Origin: a virus
Taxonomy: Duplodnaviria > Caudoviricetes
Virus record (IMG/VR): IMGVR_UViG_3300042392_000853
Span: 573 to 64,572 of that record
Strand: one strand, 5' to 3'
DNA: 64,000 nucleotides
The notes under the pieces were generated by a model. That model made no database searches. It was given only the letters and a program-made list of their open reading frames with translations, and was not told the origin of the DNA. The stretch's first letter is position 1, and each line of letters opens with the position of its first letter. The translations under genes and the position numbers were made by a program. Of the stretch, positions 15,962 to 25,782 are shown in pieces.

Positions 15962-16325
15962 CTACAACACCAACGTCAAGAACAGCCGCATGACGGATGT
16001 CCGCGACGCTATTGATGCGGGTTCGGGTCCCGGCACGTTGGAAATCTGCACGTCTGGCTACGCGACTGTGCTGTCGACGATCACGTTGTCCGACCCGTGC
16101 GGCACAATTTCCGGCGGCGTGTTGACGTTCAGTGGGACGCCGATAAGCGCTACCGCGTCTGCCAACGGCACGGCGGCGCTGGCGCGGTTCAAGGACTCCA
16201 CCGGCACTGTGGTCGCGGACGGCCTGACGGTCGGCACCAGCGGCCAGAATGTCACCGTCAGCACCACGACGTTCACTTCTGGCCAAAATGTTGACATGAC
16301 CTCTGCCACGCTAACGCACGGGTAA
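15951..16325 (+). CDS. Structural protein
   Basis: A.GTAA.ARFKDS.G motif. Confidence 0.7.
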   Translation: MPVNYNTNVKNSRMTDVRDAIDAGSGPGTLEICTSGYATVLSTITLSDPCGTISGGVLTFSGTPISATASANGTAALARFKDSTGTVVADGLTVGTSGQNVTVSTTTFTSGQNVDMTSATLTHG

Positions 16326-16410
16326 GGCACATGGCTGACAACGTAGGCTACACACCCGGCTCAGGTGAGCGTGACCGCCTTCACCCTGAACGCCGGCGGG
16401 GCGTGAGGCC

Positions 16411-16851
16411 ATGAGCCTGGCCGAACGTGTCGCCGCCGCCGATCTCGCCGGTCTTCCAGACTGGCGGGTCGCCGAGCTGCTGAATATCCCTGACCCCAGC
16501 CTTCCGGAGGTTGTCACCCTGGAGCAGACCCTTCTGGGGCCGGCGGGCATTATGGTCGCCCTCGGCCCCGAGGCCGGGGCGCGGGTTCTTAACGCCATCG
16601 AAGCGGGCGCGGTGCAAGACGCGATGCTGCGCTGGGTCTTCTACATTCTGAAGGACGGCGGGGTCGATATGGCTCACGCCTTTGTCCGCGCCGGGCTCGA
16701 CGACCTGGCGGCGGCGACGGTCATCACCGCCACCGACGCGCAGATTCTGAAGGCTAGCGCCGAGCGCCGCCGGTTCCCGTCTTGGGCGGAGCATAACCAA
16801 ATCGAGGTGACGGCCCGGTCGGTGGGACTGGCCCGGGGAGCAGTGGGGTAG
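16411..16851 (+). CDS. Hypothetical tail-region protein
   Basis: 146-aa ORF in the structural operon. Confidence 0.65.
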   Translation: MSLAERVAAADLAGLPDWRVAELLNIPDPSLPEVVTLEQTLLGPAGIMVALGPEAGARVLNAIEAGAVQDAMLRWVFYILKDGGVDMAHAFVRAGLDDLAAATVITATDAQILKASAERRRFPSWAEHNQIEVTARSVGLARGAVG

Positions 16852-16854
16852 ATC

Positions 16855-17268
16855 ATGGCTGTCGCAAAATGGGCAACCCCAAGTGCCCGCTCTTCAAACT
16901 TTGCTGGCACGACGCTCAACTCTCTGGCCAATGCCGGGGAGTCCTCCGTCGTCACCTACGACAACAGCACGAACCGGGACCTTTACGGCCTGGTGACCAT
17001 CAAGCTCGGCTCCATCACCCCGGCGACCGGCGGATCGATCACGGTCCGGGTCACCCTGAACGATGGCACGGACACAGCGGACAGGGCCGGAGGCGACCTC
17101 TATGTGGTCCCCCTGGTCGCGGGCGCCGGGGCCAAGGTGGCGGTCCTCAACATGGTCCGCCTCTACCCGTACGCGATGCGGTTCTCCCTTGTGAATAACG
17201 CTGGGGTGACCTTGGCGGCTTCGGGAAATGAACTCTACGTCCGTCCTTGGAACGAGGACGTCGCCTGA
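16855..17268 (+). CDS. Structural beta-sandwich protein
   Basis: GGAG RBS; composition. Confidence 0.65.
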   Translation: MAVAKWATPSARSSNFAGTTLNSLANAGESSVVTYDNSTNRDLYGLVTIKLGSITPATGGSITVRVTLNDGTDTADRAGGDLYVVPLVAGAGAKVAVLNMVRLYPYAMRFSLVNNAGVTLAASGNELYVRPWNEDVA

Positions 17269-18074
17269 TGGCCCGAGGCGTCTCGCCTGTCGATGAGGCG
17301 CGGCTTCAGGCGCGGCTCTGGACGCCAGCGCTAGTGCTTCCAGCGGTGTGGCTGGACGCCGCCGATCTAAGCACGATCACCATTGCCACGGGTGTCAGCG
17401 AGTGGCGCGACAAGAGCGGGAATGGTCGCCACATGACGGCTCCTGGTACTCAACCAGCATTGGCCGCAAACTCGCTAAACGGGTTGAACACCATTGCGTT
17501 TGACAACAGAACCACCACACAGACGCTCACGAATGCCTACAGTTACAGCGGCACGGATATCACGCTCGTGTCTCTAGCTTATTCATTAAGAGGCACTGTA
17601 CGGACATATTACACACGGCTTTGGTCGATGAATGCCACTGGTCAACAAGACTACAATAACAACAGCGGCTTTATCATGGTTTATGGCGTTGGCACAGCAC
17701 TTGACAATGTGGCGACGTTACGAAATAACTCTATTCTAGCCCAATCGACAATAAATAGCAATGCGCAATGGGCATTTCACGTTGGGACAAAATCGGGAGG
17801 AAGCGGCACGTTTTCAACGAACGGCGAAGCAAGGGTTAGTGGCTCAACATCGAACTCCGCACTAGGTTTTAACGTCATCAGAATCGGAAATGACGTGGGG
17901 GGTGTAGATTCGGGTTTGTTCGGTAATGTTGCCGAAGCGATGATATTTTCTTATGCGCTTAACTTATCGCAGCAGCAAACAATTGAGGGCTATCTTGCCC
18001 ATAAGTGGGGCCTGACTGCCAATCTGCCCGCCGCGCACCCGTTTAAGAACCGCCCGCCGCTGATCGGAGACTAA
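17268..18074 (+). CDS. LamG/concanavalin-like virion protein
   Basis: WLDAAD.....GVSEWRDKSGNGRH and G.VAE...F...L.....IEGYLAHKWG motifs. Confidence 0.75.
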   Translation: MARGVSPVDEARLQARLWTPALVLPAVWLDAADLSTITIATGVSEWRDKSGNGRHMTAPGTQPALAANSLNGLNTIAFDNRTTTQTLTNAYSYSGTDITLVSLAYSLRGTVRTYYTRLWSMNATGQQDYNNNSGFIMVYGVGTALDNVATLRNNSILAQSTINSNAQWAFHVGTKSGGSGTFSTNGEARVSGSTSNSALGFNVIRIGNDVGGVDSGLFGNVAEAMIFSYALNLSQQQTIEGYLAHKWGLTANLPAAHPFKNRPPLIGD

Positions 18075-18078
18075 GCTC

Positions 18079-18771
18079 ATGGCCCTGCGGATTCGCGTCC
18101 CGGCTTTGTCCGCCGGGGCTCCTGGCGGGGCGATTACCGGCTCTCTGGCGGTCACGGAGGCGCAGGACGTCGCTGCGCTCAGCGTCACCGTCATCAACCC
18201 GATTAGCATTTCGCTGGCCGCCACCGAGGCGCAAGACGTCGCGGCGCTTAGCGTCACCGTCACCAATCCGATCAGCGTTTCTCTGGCCGCCACCGAGGCG
18301 CAAGACGTCGCGGCGCTTAGTGTATCGGTGCGCAACACCGTATCGCTGGCTGCTACCGAGGCGCAGGACGTCGCGGCGATTGACGTAAGCGTCAGTGGTG
18401 CGACCGTCACCGTCGCCCTAGACGCCACCGAGGCGCAGGACGTCGCTGCGATAGGCGTGACCGTTAGCAGCACGACTGTAACTGTCGCGCTGGCTGCTAC
18501 CGAGGCGCAGGACATCTCCGCGGTCAACGTGTTGGTGCGCAACGTCGTCGCGCTGGCCGCCGCAGAAGCGCAAGACATCGCCGCGATCAGCGCGGTGGTG
18601 CGCAACGTCGTCACGCTGGCCGCCACCGAGGCGCAGGACATCACCGCTATCTTCATTGATTCGGGGCCGGGACCCTCTGAGCAATTTACGGTGAGCGGCC
18701 CCTATGTTACAGATACCTTCACCACAACCACCCTGTCGTACCCCTACGACATCAAGAGGCGCACGGCCTGA
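18079..18771 (+). CDS. Repeat-containing structural protein (8 x LAATEAQDVAA)
   Basis: Eight 20-24 aa tandem repeats visible in protein and DNA. Confidence 0.75.
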   Translation: MALRIRVPALSAGAPGGAITGSLAVTEAQDVAALSVTVINPISISLAATEAQDVAALSVTVTNPISVSLAATEAQDVAALSVSVRNTVSLAATEAQDVAAIDVSVSGATVTVALDATEAQDVAAIGVTVSSTTVTVALAATEAQDISAVNVLVRNVVALAAAEAQDIAAISAVVRNVVTLAATEAQDITAIFIDSGPGPSEQFTVSGPYVTDTFTTTTLSYPYDIKRRTA

Positions 18772-18772
18772 C

Positions 18773-19096
18773 ATGTACGACCTGTCACTCAGAGAGCAGA
18801 CAGAGCGGGCTAGAGCCGCCATTCAAGAAGCCTTGGGCCTGTTCAACGGAGCGCAAGTTGCGCCGCCCGGACAGCCTCCCCGCCCGCCTGTTCCCTCCGC
18901 AGGTGCGCTCCCGTCTCCCGCCGCTCCTTCGGGACCGGGAGCCGCGGGGCCGCCGGGTCAGGCCCAAGGCACCCCGTTCGCCGGCGCCGCGTCGAACCCC
19001 GCCCTGCGCCAGCAGCAGGGCGCCATGGGCTCTCTGGAAGCCGCCATGCGCCAACCCCTCGTCCGCTCCGGCGGCCCACTCATGCCGGATTTCTGA
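18773..19096 (+). CDS. Pro/Gly/Ala-rich hypothetical protein
   Basis: GAGG RBS; fills the operon gap. Confidence 0.6.
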   Translation: MYDLSLREQTERARAAIQEALGLFNGAQVAPPGQPPRPPVPSAGALPSPAAPSGPGAAGPPGQAQGTPFAGAASNPALRQQQGAMGSLEAAMRQPLVRSGGPLMPDF

Positions 19097-19098
19097 CG

Positions 19099-19404
19099 GT
19101 GAAGGGCTACACGGACACCACGCGCACGGTCTACATGTCGGAGGGCGGCAAGGCCAAGTCCCCGGCTTGGACCCGCAAAGCAGGGCAGGATCCGGACGGT
19201 GGTTTGAACGCCAAGGGCCGCGCCTCCTACAACCGCGCCAATCCCGGAAAGCCGGGCCTGAAGCGCCCCCAGCCGGAGGGCGGCCCGCGCCGCGACAGCT
19301 TCTGCGCCCGGATGAAGGGCATGAAGGCGAAGCTGACCAGCGCCGAAACCGCTCGTGACCCCAACAGCCGCATCAACAAATCCCTGCGCGCTTGGAACTG
19401 CTAA
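19099..19404 (+). CDS. Basic phage protein (DUF6321-like)
   Basis: PAWTRK.G.DP.GGLNAKGRASY..RRDSFCARM.GM..SLRAWNC. Confidence 0.7.
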   Translation: MKGYTDTTRTVYMSEGGKAKSPAWTRKAGQDPDGGLNAKGRASYNRANPGKPGLKRPQPEGGPRRDSFCARMKGMKAKLTSAETARDPNSRINKSLRAWNC

Positions 19405-19419
19405 CCGAGGACTCGACCC

Positions 19420-19671
19420 ATGAAGGGCTACAAGAACAGCACCAAGACGGTCTACGAGACCGAGGAATCCGCCAACTACGCCAAGGGCGGCATGGCCAAG
19501 GTCGGCAAGGTCATGGGCGAGTTCAAGCGCGGCACGCTGCACAGCGGCTCGAAGAAGGGGCCGGAAGTCACCAACCGCAAGCAGGCTATCGCCATCGGCC
19601 TGAGCGAGGCCCGCAAGGCTGGCGCCAAGGTGCCGGCTAAAATGCGCAACGGGGGCAAGGTCGGTTGCTAG
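19420..19671 (+). CDS. Basic protein (DUF6496-like)
   Basis: KVMGEFKRGTLHSG..VTNRKQAIAIGLSEAR. Confidence 0.75.
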   Translation: MKGYKNSTKTVYETEESANYAKGGMAKVGKVMGEFKRGTLHSGSKKGPEVTNRKQAIAIGLSEARKAGAKVPAKMRNGGKVGC

Positions 19672-19750
19672 ACCGGCCCTAGTCCTATACAATCGCACCA
19701 GACAGGTCTGCTGTGACTAGCGGACTGCTGACCCCAACAGCGGACCTGCC

Positions 19751-20737
19751 ATGGCCTACTCCGGCACAATCTCGCAGACGGTGTTCGATACCCGACGGGT
19801 GATCGACAACGCCTTCCGGCGCGCGAAGATGCTGCCCGAGACCGTGTCCGGCGAGCAGATCGACATCGCTCGCGACCAGCTTTACCTGCTGACCTCCAAC
19901 CTCGCCAATCGCGGCGTGCCGCTGTGGTGCGTTGAGAAGATCATCGTGCCGCTCTACGAGGGCGTTGGCGACGTCACCCTGCCCGCAGGCACTGTCGACA
20001 TCCTCAACGTCAACCTGCGCGTCTTGCAGGAAGTGACCGGCGTCAACACCGTCACCTCGACCACCTACAGCACATCGTTCGGCACCGACACGCCCGTCAC
20101 CACCGTCGGGGTGCTGTGGGCCGCAGCCGCCGTGCCGATCATCTTCGAGCGGTCTACCGACGGCGTGGGGTGGATCACCGTCCAGTCCGAGACGCCGTCC
20201 GCCTCTGCTGGCCAGTGGACGTGGTTCGACGTCTCGCAGATCATCTCCGCGCCCTACTTCCGGGTGCGCGCCACGAGCGGCACGCTGTCCTACAGCCAGG
20301 TCTACTTCGGCAACAACCCGACGGAAATCCCGTTCGGCAGGCTGAACAAGGACGACTACACCAACCTGCCCAACAAGGCGTTCAAGTCGCTCCGCCCCCT
20401 GCAATACTGGTTCGACCGGCAGGTCCCCGCGCCCGTCATGCACCTGTGGCCGGTGCCCGCCGCCGGCTCCACCGTCTACCAGATCGTCGCGTGGCGCCAC
20501 CGGCACATCATGGACGTCGGCACGATGACGCAGGACGTTGAGGTCCCGCAGCGGTGGCTCGACGCCGTAATCTCCATGCTGGCCGCCAAGCTGGCGTCGG
20601 AGATCCCCGAAGTGCCCGCCGACATGATCCCGCTGCTCGACGCCAAGGCCACGCAGGCTGAACTCGAAGCGTGGGGTGAGGAGCGGGACAACTCGCCCAT
20701 CCGCTGGGCGCCCAACATCAGCGCCTATACGAGGTAA
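19751..20737 (+). CDS. Head-tail adaptor / tail tubular-like protein
   Basis: ANRGVPLW, DY..LPNK..RP.QYWFDR..LWPVP motifs. Confidence 0.7.
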   Translation: MAYSGTISQTVFDTRRVIDNAFRRAKMLPETVSGEQIDIARDQLYLLTSNLANRGVPLWCVEKIIVPLYEGVGDVTLPAGTVDILNVNLRVLQEVTGVNTVTSTTYSTSFGTDTPVTTVGVLWAAAAVPIIFERSTDGVGWITVQSETPSASAGQWTWFDVSQIISAPYFRVRATSGTLSYSQVYFGNNPTEIPFGRLNKDDYTNLPNKAFKSLRPLQYWFDRQVPAPVMHLWPVPAAGSTVYQIVAWRHRHIMDVGTMTQDVEVPQRWLDAVISMLAAKLASEIPEVPADMIPLLDAKATQAELEAWGEERDNSPIRWAPNISAYTR

Positions 20738-20742
20738 GTCCG

Positions 20743-21045
20743 ATGCCGCTTTACCTTGACACCCGTGGCCGCTCGACCCTTGGAATCGGCCTGTGCGCCC
20801 GGTGCAGCCGCAAGTTCTCGCTGGACGACCTGCACTCCGACCCGAACTTCCCGGGCCTGATGGTCTGCAAGGACGACCTCGACGAGTTCGACCCCTACCG
20901 GCTTCCGGCTCGCCAGACCGAGGACATCACGCTGCGCTTCGTGCGGCCCGACGAGAGCATCGCCACGGACCCCGCAGGCGTGATTCTGGAGAACGGCGAC
21001 TACTTCCTCGTCACCGAGGACTTTGAGGAGTTCCTGCTGCCGTGA
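20743..21045 (+). CDS. Small Cys-containing virion-region protein
   Basis: CARC..GLMVC..D..DP..RPD. Confidence 0.7.
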   Translation: MPLYLDTRGRSTLGIGLCARCSRKFSLDDLHSDPNFPGLMVCKDDLDEFDPYRLPARQTEDITLRFVRPDESIATDPAGVILENGDYFLVTEDFEEFLLP

Positions 21046-22199
21046 GCGTTCCCAGCAACCTCGTCCCGACGCGCATCTCCCAACTGACCGAGTATTTCGG
21101 GGCGGACGCGAACGGCTACCTACCCTACATCATCGGCGGCGTCACCTACAAGGTGAAGTTCTCCACACTGAACATCGCCGGCGCAGCGGTCTCGTCGTTC
21201 AGCGGCGGCACGACCGGCCTGACGCCGTCGACGCCGACCAACGGCGCCGTGACGCTGGGTGGTGTCCTGGCTTTGACCAACGGCGGCACGGGCGCCACGA
21301 CGGCTTCCGGCGCGCGCACGGCGCTCGGCCTTGGCACCGCAGCGACAACCAACGCCACGGACTACGCCACGGCGGCGCAGGGCACGAAGGCCGACACTGC
21401 TGTCCAGACTGTCGCCTCGGCTGACGGGTCGGTCACGGTCACAGGCACGACGGCTATTGATCTCGCCGTGGCGGCGACCACCAACATGATCGCGCGGGTC
21501 CGCAACAACACCGGCTCGACCCTGACCAAAGGCACGGCGGTCTACATCAACGGCGCCGTCGGCCAACTCCCGACAGTGGCGAAGGCGCGGGCCGACACCG
21601 ACGCGACTTCGGCGCAGACCCTCGGCATCATGTCGGCGGACGTTGCCAACAACACCAACGGCAACGTGACGGTCATCGGGCGCGTGGCGAACGTGGACAC
21701 CTCGGCCTACACAGACGGCCAGCAGTTGTATCTCAGCGGCGTGACCGCCGGGGCGCTGACGGCCACCAAGCCCTACGCCCCCCTGCACATCGTCTATGTG
21801 GCGGTGGTCGAGCACGCCCACCCGACGCAGGGCTTGCTGTTCGTCAAGGTGCAGAACGGCTACGAGTTGGACGAGTTGCACGACGTGGCCGCGCAGTCGC
21901 CGTCCAACGGCCAGACCCTCGTGTTCAACAGCACCAACAGCCTGTGGGAGAAGAACACCGTCTCCTTATCGGCAGGCGTCAACGGCAATTTGCCCACCGC
22001 GAACGGCGGAACAGGCCAGACGTCCTACACCAACGGGCAGCTGCTGATCGGCAACAACACCGGCAACACGCTGACGAAGGCCACGCTCACGGCGGGGACG
22101 GGCATCAGCATCACCAACGGCAATGGCTCCATAACCATCGCATCGACCGCGTCCGGCCCCTCGCTGGCGCAGGTCATCGCCATGGCCGCCGCTCTCTAA
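21042..22199 (+). CDS. Tail fibre-like protein
   Basis: NGGTG repeats, ARTALGLG and ELDELHDV motifs. Confidence 0.75.
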   Translation: MSVPSNLVPTRISQLTEYFGADANGYLPYIIGGVTYKVKFSTLNIAGAAVSSFSGGTTGLTPSTPTNGAVTLGGVLALTNGGTGATTASGARTALGLGTAATTNATDYATAAQGTKADTAVQTVASADGSVTVTGTTAIDLAVAATTNMIARVRNNTGSTLTKGTAVYINGAVGQLPTVAKARADTDATSAQTLGIMSADVANNTNGNVTVIGRVANVDTSAYTDGQQLYLSGVTAGALTATKPYAPLHIVYVAVVEHAHPTQGLLFVKVQNGYELDELHDVAAQSPSNGQTLVFNSTNSLWEKNTVSLSAGVNGNLPTANGGTGQTSYTNGQLLIGNNTGNTLTKATLTAGTGISITNGNGSITIASTASGPSLAQVIAMAAAL

Positions 22200-22211
22200 G
22201 GACTGAACCTC

Positions 22212-22880
22212 ATGGCTGTCACCCCCACCTCAATCGTCACGCCGCAGCGCCCTTGGTCGGCTACCGCCGTCGCCACCACGGCGAACAGCACCTACACGGA
22301 CACGCCGACCAACAGTGTGCTGCTGACCCGCCAGGACCTGCTGCCACCCAACCCGTTCACCACGCAGAACGGGCAGCCGACGGTGACGGTCCTGCATCCC
22401 GATCACGGCCTGTTCACTGGGATACAGATTACGTTTAGCGGGGCGGCGGCTGTGGGTGGCATCACGCCGTCGGGCGCCTACACCGTGACGGTGTTGACGG
22501 CGGACACCTACACCATCACCCATGGCTCCAGCGCCACGTCGGGCGTGACGGGCGGCGGCTCGGCGGTGCTGGGGCAACTGGCCCGGACTGCGGTCAACGG
22601 GGTGCGGCTCACGAGCCTCACGGCGCTGGCCCGCGCCACGGTCACGGCGACTGAACTGCAACTGTATATCTCCAACGACGGCGGCACGACCAAGCGGCTC
22701 ATCCACTCGAAGCTGATGGCGGCTTACACGGTGGTGGGAACCGCCGGCCAGCCGGTGGTTGACTTCGGCTACTCGGACAGCAACCCGCTGTTCCTGAGCG
22801 CTTCCGACACGCTGTATGTGGCGATTGGTGTGACGCTGGCTAACGGCATTGTGTTCCGCGCGGCGGGCACCGGCTACTAA
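22212..22880 (+). CDS. Tail-associated protein
   Basis: VTV.HP.HGL..G..ITFSG module. Confidence 0.65.
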   Translation: MAVTPTSIVTPQRPWSATAVATTANSTYTDTPTNSVLLTRQDLLPPNPFTTQNGQPTVTVLHPDHGLFTGIQITFSGAAAVGGITPSGAYTVTVLTADTYTITHGSSATSGVTGGGSAVLGQLARTAVNGVRLTSLTALARATVTATELQLYISNDGGTTKRLIHSKLMAAYTVVGTAGQPVVDFGYSDSNPLFLSASDTLYVAIGVTLANGIVFRAAGTGY

Positions 22881-22881
22881 C

Positions 22882-23796
22882 ATGCCCGTCAACACCCTTG
22901 GTCCTGTTGGTCTGACAGCCCAGTCCATGAGCATGGCTGCTGGGACCCAGAGCCTGTTCGAGGGCGGCATGAGGATGCAGGCTCAGGGGATGGACGGGCG
23001 GAAGAAGGGGGTTCGCGTTTTCCAAATCTCCCCGGCGGTCAACGGCAGGACTACTTGGAATCTCGATGCTGACGGACCGCTAAATTTGGCGTCTGAAGGT
23101 TCTTGGACCATAACGCCAATTTCATCGTTTGGCGTCAACGTCAAAGCGTGGGGTGAGGGTGGCGGCCAAGGTGGGGGCGGTGGGGCTGGACTTTTTGGCG
23201 CTGGGGCTTTTGCGGGTGGTGCAGTCACGCTGATAGCGGGCGTAACAATCACGCTCGGCGTTGGGCAGGGCCGTGGACCTGCGCCTGTAAACGGACCCCA
23301 GGGCGGCGGCTGGTCGGGCCTGTTCGTCACCTCTTCAAGCCTCGCCATTCTGATCGCCGCCGGCGGCGGCGGCGGCGGCTTCAGCTCAATGAGCGTTTCT
23401 GGCGGCCCTGGCGGGTGGCCCTCGGGCTCCCCAGGAGCCCTCGACCCGAGCGGCAACGACGCTGGAGGCGGCCCCGCCACGCAATCTGCGCCCGGAACCG
23501 GGGGATCGCCCGGCGGCGGTCTTTTCTCCGAGAGTGGTTCGCCAGGCTCGGGGCGGAATGGTGGCTCAGGCGGCTATGCCGGAGGCGGCGGCGGCGGCGG
23601 TTACTTCGGCGGCGGCGGCGGGGCCGGGTCCGATTTCTCCGGCGGCGGCGGTGGTGGCGGCTCCAGCTACTTCGACCCGGCCCGCGTCTCCAGTGCTTCA
23701 ATGCTGTCCGGTTCGGGCACGACGCCGGGTAACGCATCCGACCCACAACGCGGCACCGCTGGTGCGTCACTCAGTGGCAGGCTCATTCTCTCGTAA
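22882..23796 (+). CDS. Glycine-rich tail/receptor-binding protein
   Basis: LIAAGGGGGG and GGGGGGYFGGGGG tracts. Confidence 0.75.
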   Translation: MPVNTLGPVGLTAQSMSMAAGTQSLFEGGMRMQAQGMDGRKKGVRVFQISPAVNGRTTWNLDADGPLNLASEGSWTITPISSFGVNVKAWGEGGGQGGGGGAGLFGAGAFAGGAVTLIAGVTITLGVGQGRGPAPVNGPQGGGWSGLFVTSSSLAILIAAGGGGGGFSSMSVSGGPGGWPSGSPGALDPSGNDAGGGPATQSAPGTGGSPGGGLFSESGSPGSGRNGGSGGYAGGGGGGGYFGGGGGAGSDFSGGGGGGGSSYFDPARVSSASMLSGSGTTPGNASDPQRGTAGASLSGRLILS

Positions 23797-23809
23797 GGAC
23801 CGCAGGACG

Positions 23810-24241
23810 ATGCTCTACCAACGCAAGACCCTCCCCGACACCCTCATGGGCGACCCCGCCCCGCTCCCCGCCGAACTGGTGGGCCTTGCGGACGTGAGCC
23901 TTGCCGATCTGTCCGCCGCCGTGCCCGACGCGGCTGTGGAACTCGGCTACGAGGGGCAGGGCTTCTTTCCCTTCACGCCTGAACCGCCCCCGCCCCCTCC
24001 GGTCGATGAACTGCACAAGGTGGACTTTCTGCGCCTGTTCACGCAAGCCGAGCGCATCGCCATCCGGCAGGCGGCGAAGGTGAACCAGGTGGTCGAGGAC
24101 TATCAAGATATGCTTGAGGCCTCCCCGGAGAAAGTTCGCTTGTCCGACCCCGACATTCAGGAGGGTGTCCCGGAACTTGAAGACGCTGGCTTGCTTGCTC
24201 CGGGCCGCGCCGCTCAAATCCTTTCTGGAGAAAGTCCGTGA
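23810..24241 (+). CDS. Putative tail fibre assembly protein
   Basis: FLRLFTQAERIAI..GLL...RAAQIL motif; follows fibre genes. Confidence 0.6.
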   Translation: MLYQRKTLPDTLMGDPAPLPAELVGLADVSLADLSAAVPDAAVELGYEGQGFFPFTPEPPPPPPVDELHKVDFLRLFTQAERIAIRQAAKVNQVVEDYQDMLEASPEKVRLSDPDIQEGVPELEDAGLLAPGRAAQILSGESP

Positions 24242-24576
24242 CGAAAGATTTTCCGCCGCAACAAACCTATATCCCCGGACGCCCCGTCCTGACCTACTTC
24301 CGGCGGCTCTTTGTGGTGCTGGATCAGTTGCTGAACGTGATATTTGGCGGGGATGAGGACGAGACGATCAGTTCGCGCCTTGCCAAAGACGTTCGGCGCG
24401 GTCGCAAGTTCGCCTGCGTTCTGTGCCGAATCCTCGACTGGCTCGACCCGAACCACTGCGAGAAAGCGATTGAGCGGGATGAGGGCAAGAGGCCTGGCCA
24501 ATACGATCCGCCCCCGGGCCTTGAGCAGCGCTACGAGAAGCGCTGGGTCTACCCGCCCCGACATGACTGGAGTTAA
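24238..24576 (+). CDS. Conserved phage protein
   Basis: LDQLLN..GG..DETISSR..C..LD..DPNHC. Confidence 0.75.
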   Translation: MTKDFPPQQTYIPGRPVLTYFRRLFVVLDQLLNVIFGGDEDETISSRLAKDVRRGRKFACVLCRILDWLDPNHCEKAIERDEGKRPGQYDPPPGLEQRYEKRWVYPPRHDWS

Positions 24577-24581
24577 CCGCT

Positions 24582-24815
24582 ATGGAATGGGACGCCATCC
24601 TGCAAACCCTTGCAGCTCTGGTCATGGCGCTAGGGGGTTGGTTCATGCGTGAGTTGTGGGGCGCCGTGAAGGAGTTGCGAGTGGACCTCGCCACCCTTCG
24701 CGCCGACCTGCCCAAAGAGTATGTGTCCAAGGACGATTTCCGTCAGGACATCGGGCGGATTCACGAACTGCTGGACAAAATCTACGACAAGTTGGATACG
24801 AAGGCACCCCTGTAA
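24582..24815 (+). CDS. Small membrane-anchored coiled-coil protein
   Basis: N-terminal TM then LP..YV.KDDF motif. Confidence 0.7.
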   Translation: MEWDAILQTLAALVMALGGWFMRELWGAVKELRVDLATLRADLPKEYVSKDDFRQDIGRIHELLDKIYDKLDTKAPL

Positions 24816-24834
24816 CAGCCGCAAGGAGCGTTGC

Positions 24835-25782
24835 GTGCCGATTTCAGACGAACAGTTCATCGCCGCATGGCGGGAAAGCCTTTGCTCGCCCGCCGCCACC
24901 GCCCGCACACTCAACATTGACGTCCGCGCCGTATATCGCCGACGCCAGCGGATGGTGGACCGCGGAATCGTGCTTGAGACGCACCCGGCCAACATTTCGG
25001 GGGCAATGCAATCGACTTACACGCAGGCTTGGTCCTACCCCCGCGAACTGACCGTCACTGTGCAGAACGGCCACGCCATCGTCTTCTCGGATGCTCACTT
25101 CTGGCCCGGCGGTCGCACGGTCGCCAACGAGGCGCTGCTGAAACTCATCAAGCGGCTGAAGCCCGCCTTGCTCGTGGCGAACGGCGACATCTTCGACGGC
25201 GCGAGGATCAGCCGCCACGACCCGCACGGCTGGGGCCAGCCCCCTTCGGTCAAAGAGGAGCGGGACGTGTGCGTCGAGCGGATGCACGAAATATCCGACG
25301 TCGCCCCGCGCCAAGCCGAGCGCAAGTGGACCATCGGCAACCACGACATGCGCTTCGACCGCGCTCTGGCCATCAACGCGCCGCAGTATGATGGCGTTCT
25401 GGAGCGGCTGTCCGACATCTTCCCCGAGTGGGACATGGCGTGGTCCATGCGCGTCAACAACACGGTCATGATCAAGCATCGTCAGGCCAACGGAATCCAC
25501 GCGGCATATAACAACACTCTCAAGGGCGGCCTGTCGATGGTGACGGGCCACCTGCACCGCCTTGCCGTGACGCCTTGGGCCGACTACAATGGTCGGCGCT
25601 GGGGCGTCGACACCGGCACACTGGCCGACCCGCTCGGCCCGCAGTTCGAGTATCTGGAGAACAACGCCACGCCGTGGACCTCCGGCTTCGCGGTGCTGAC
25701 GTTCAAGGACGGCAAGCTGCTTCCGCCCGAGTTGTGCGAGGTTCTGGACGGCGTGGCCTATTTCCGCGGAGAAGCGGCGTGA
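24835..25782 (+). CDS. Calcineurin-like metallophosphoesterase
   Basis: SDAH, NGD.FD, GNHD and GHLH motifs; AAGGAG RBS before GTG 24835. Confidence 0.85.
   Translation: MPISDEQFIAAWRESLCSPAATARTLNIDVRAVYRRRQRMVDRGIVLETHPANISGAMQSTYTQAWSYPRELTVTVQNGHAIVFSDAHFWPGGRTVANEALLKLIKRLKPALLVANGDIFDGARISRHDPHGWGQPPSVKEERDVCVERMHEISDVAPRQAERKWTIGNHDMRFDRALAINAPQYDGVLERLSDIFPEWDMAWSMRVNNTVMIKHRQANGIHAAYNNTLKGGLSMVTGHLHRLAVTPWADYNGRRWGVDTGTLADPLGPQFEYLENNATPWTSGFAVLTFKDGKLLPPELCEVLDGVAYFRGEAA

Noticed and set aside
17268-18074. Diversity-generating retroelement target
   Set aside because: No reverse transcriptase and no template/variable repeat pair differing at adenines found in the window
18140-18650. 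Regularly spaced DNA repeats as a CRISPR array
   Set aside because: The repeats are in-frame coding units with related spacers, and there is no cas operon; the Cas4-like DUF2800 gene is a normal phage replication nuclease
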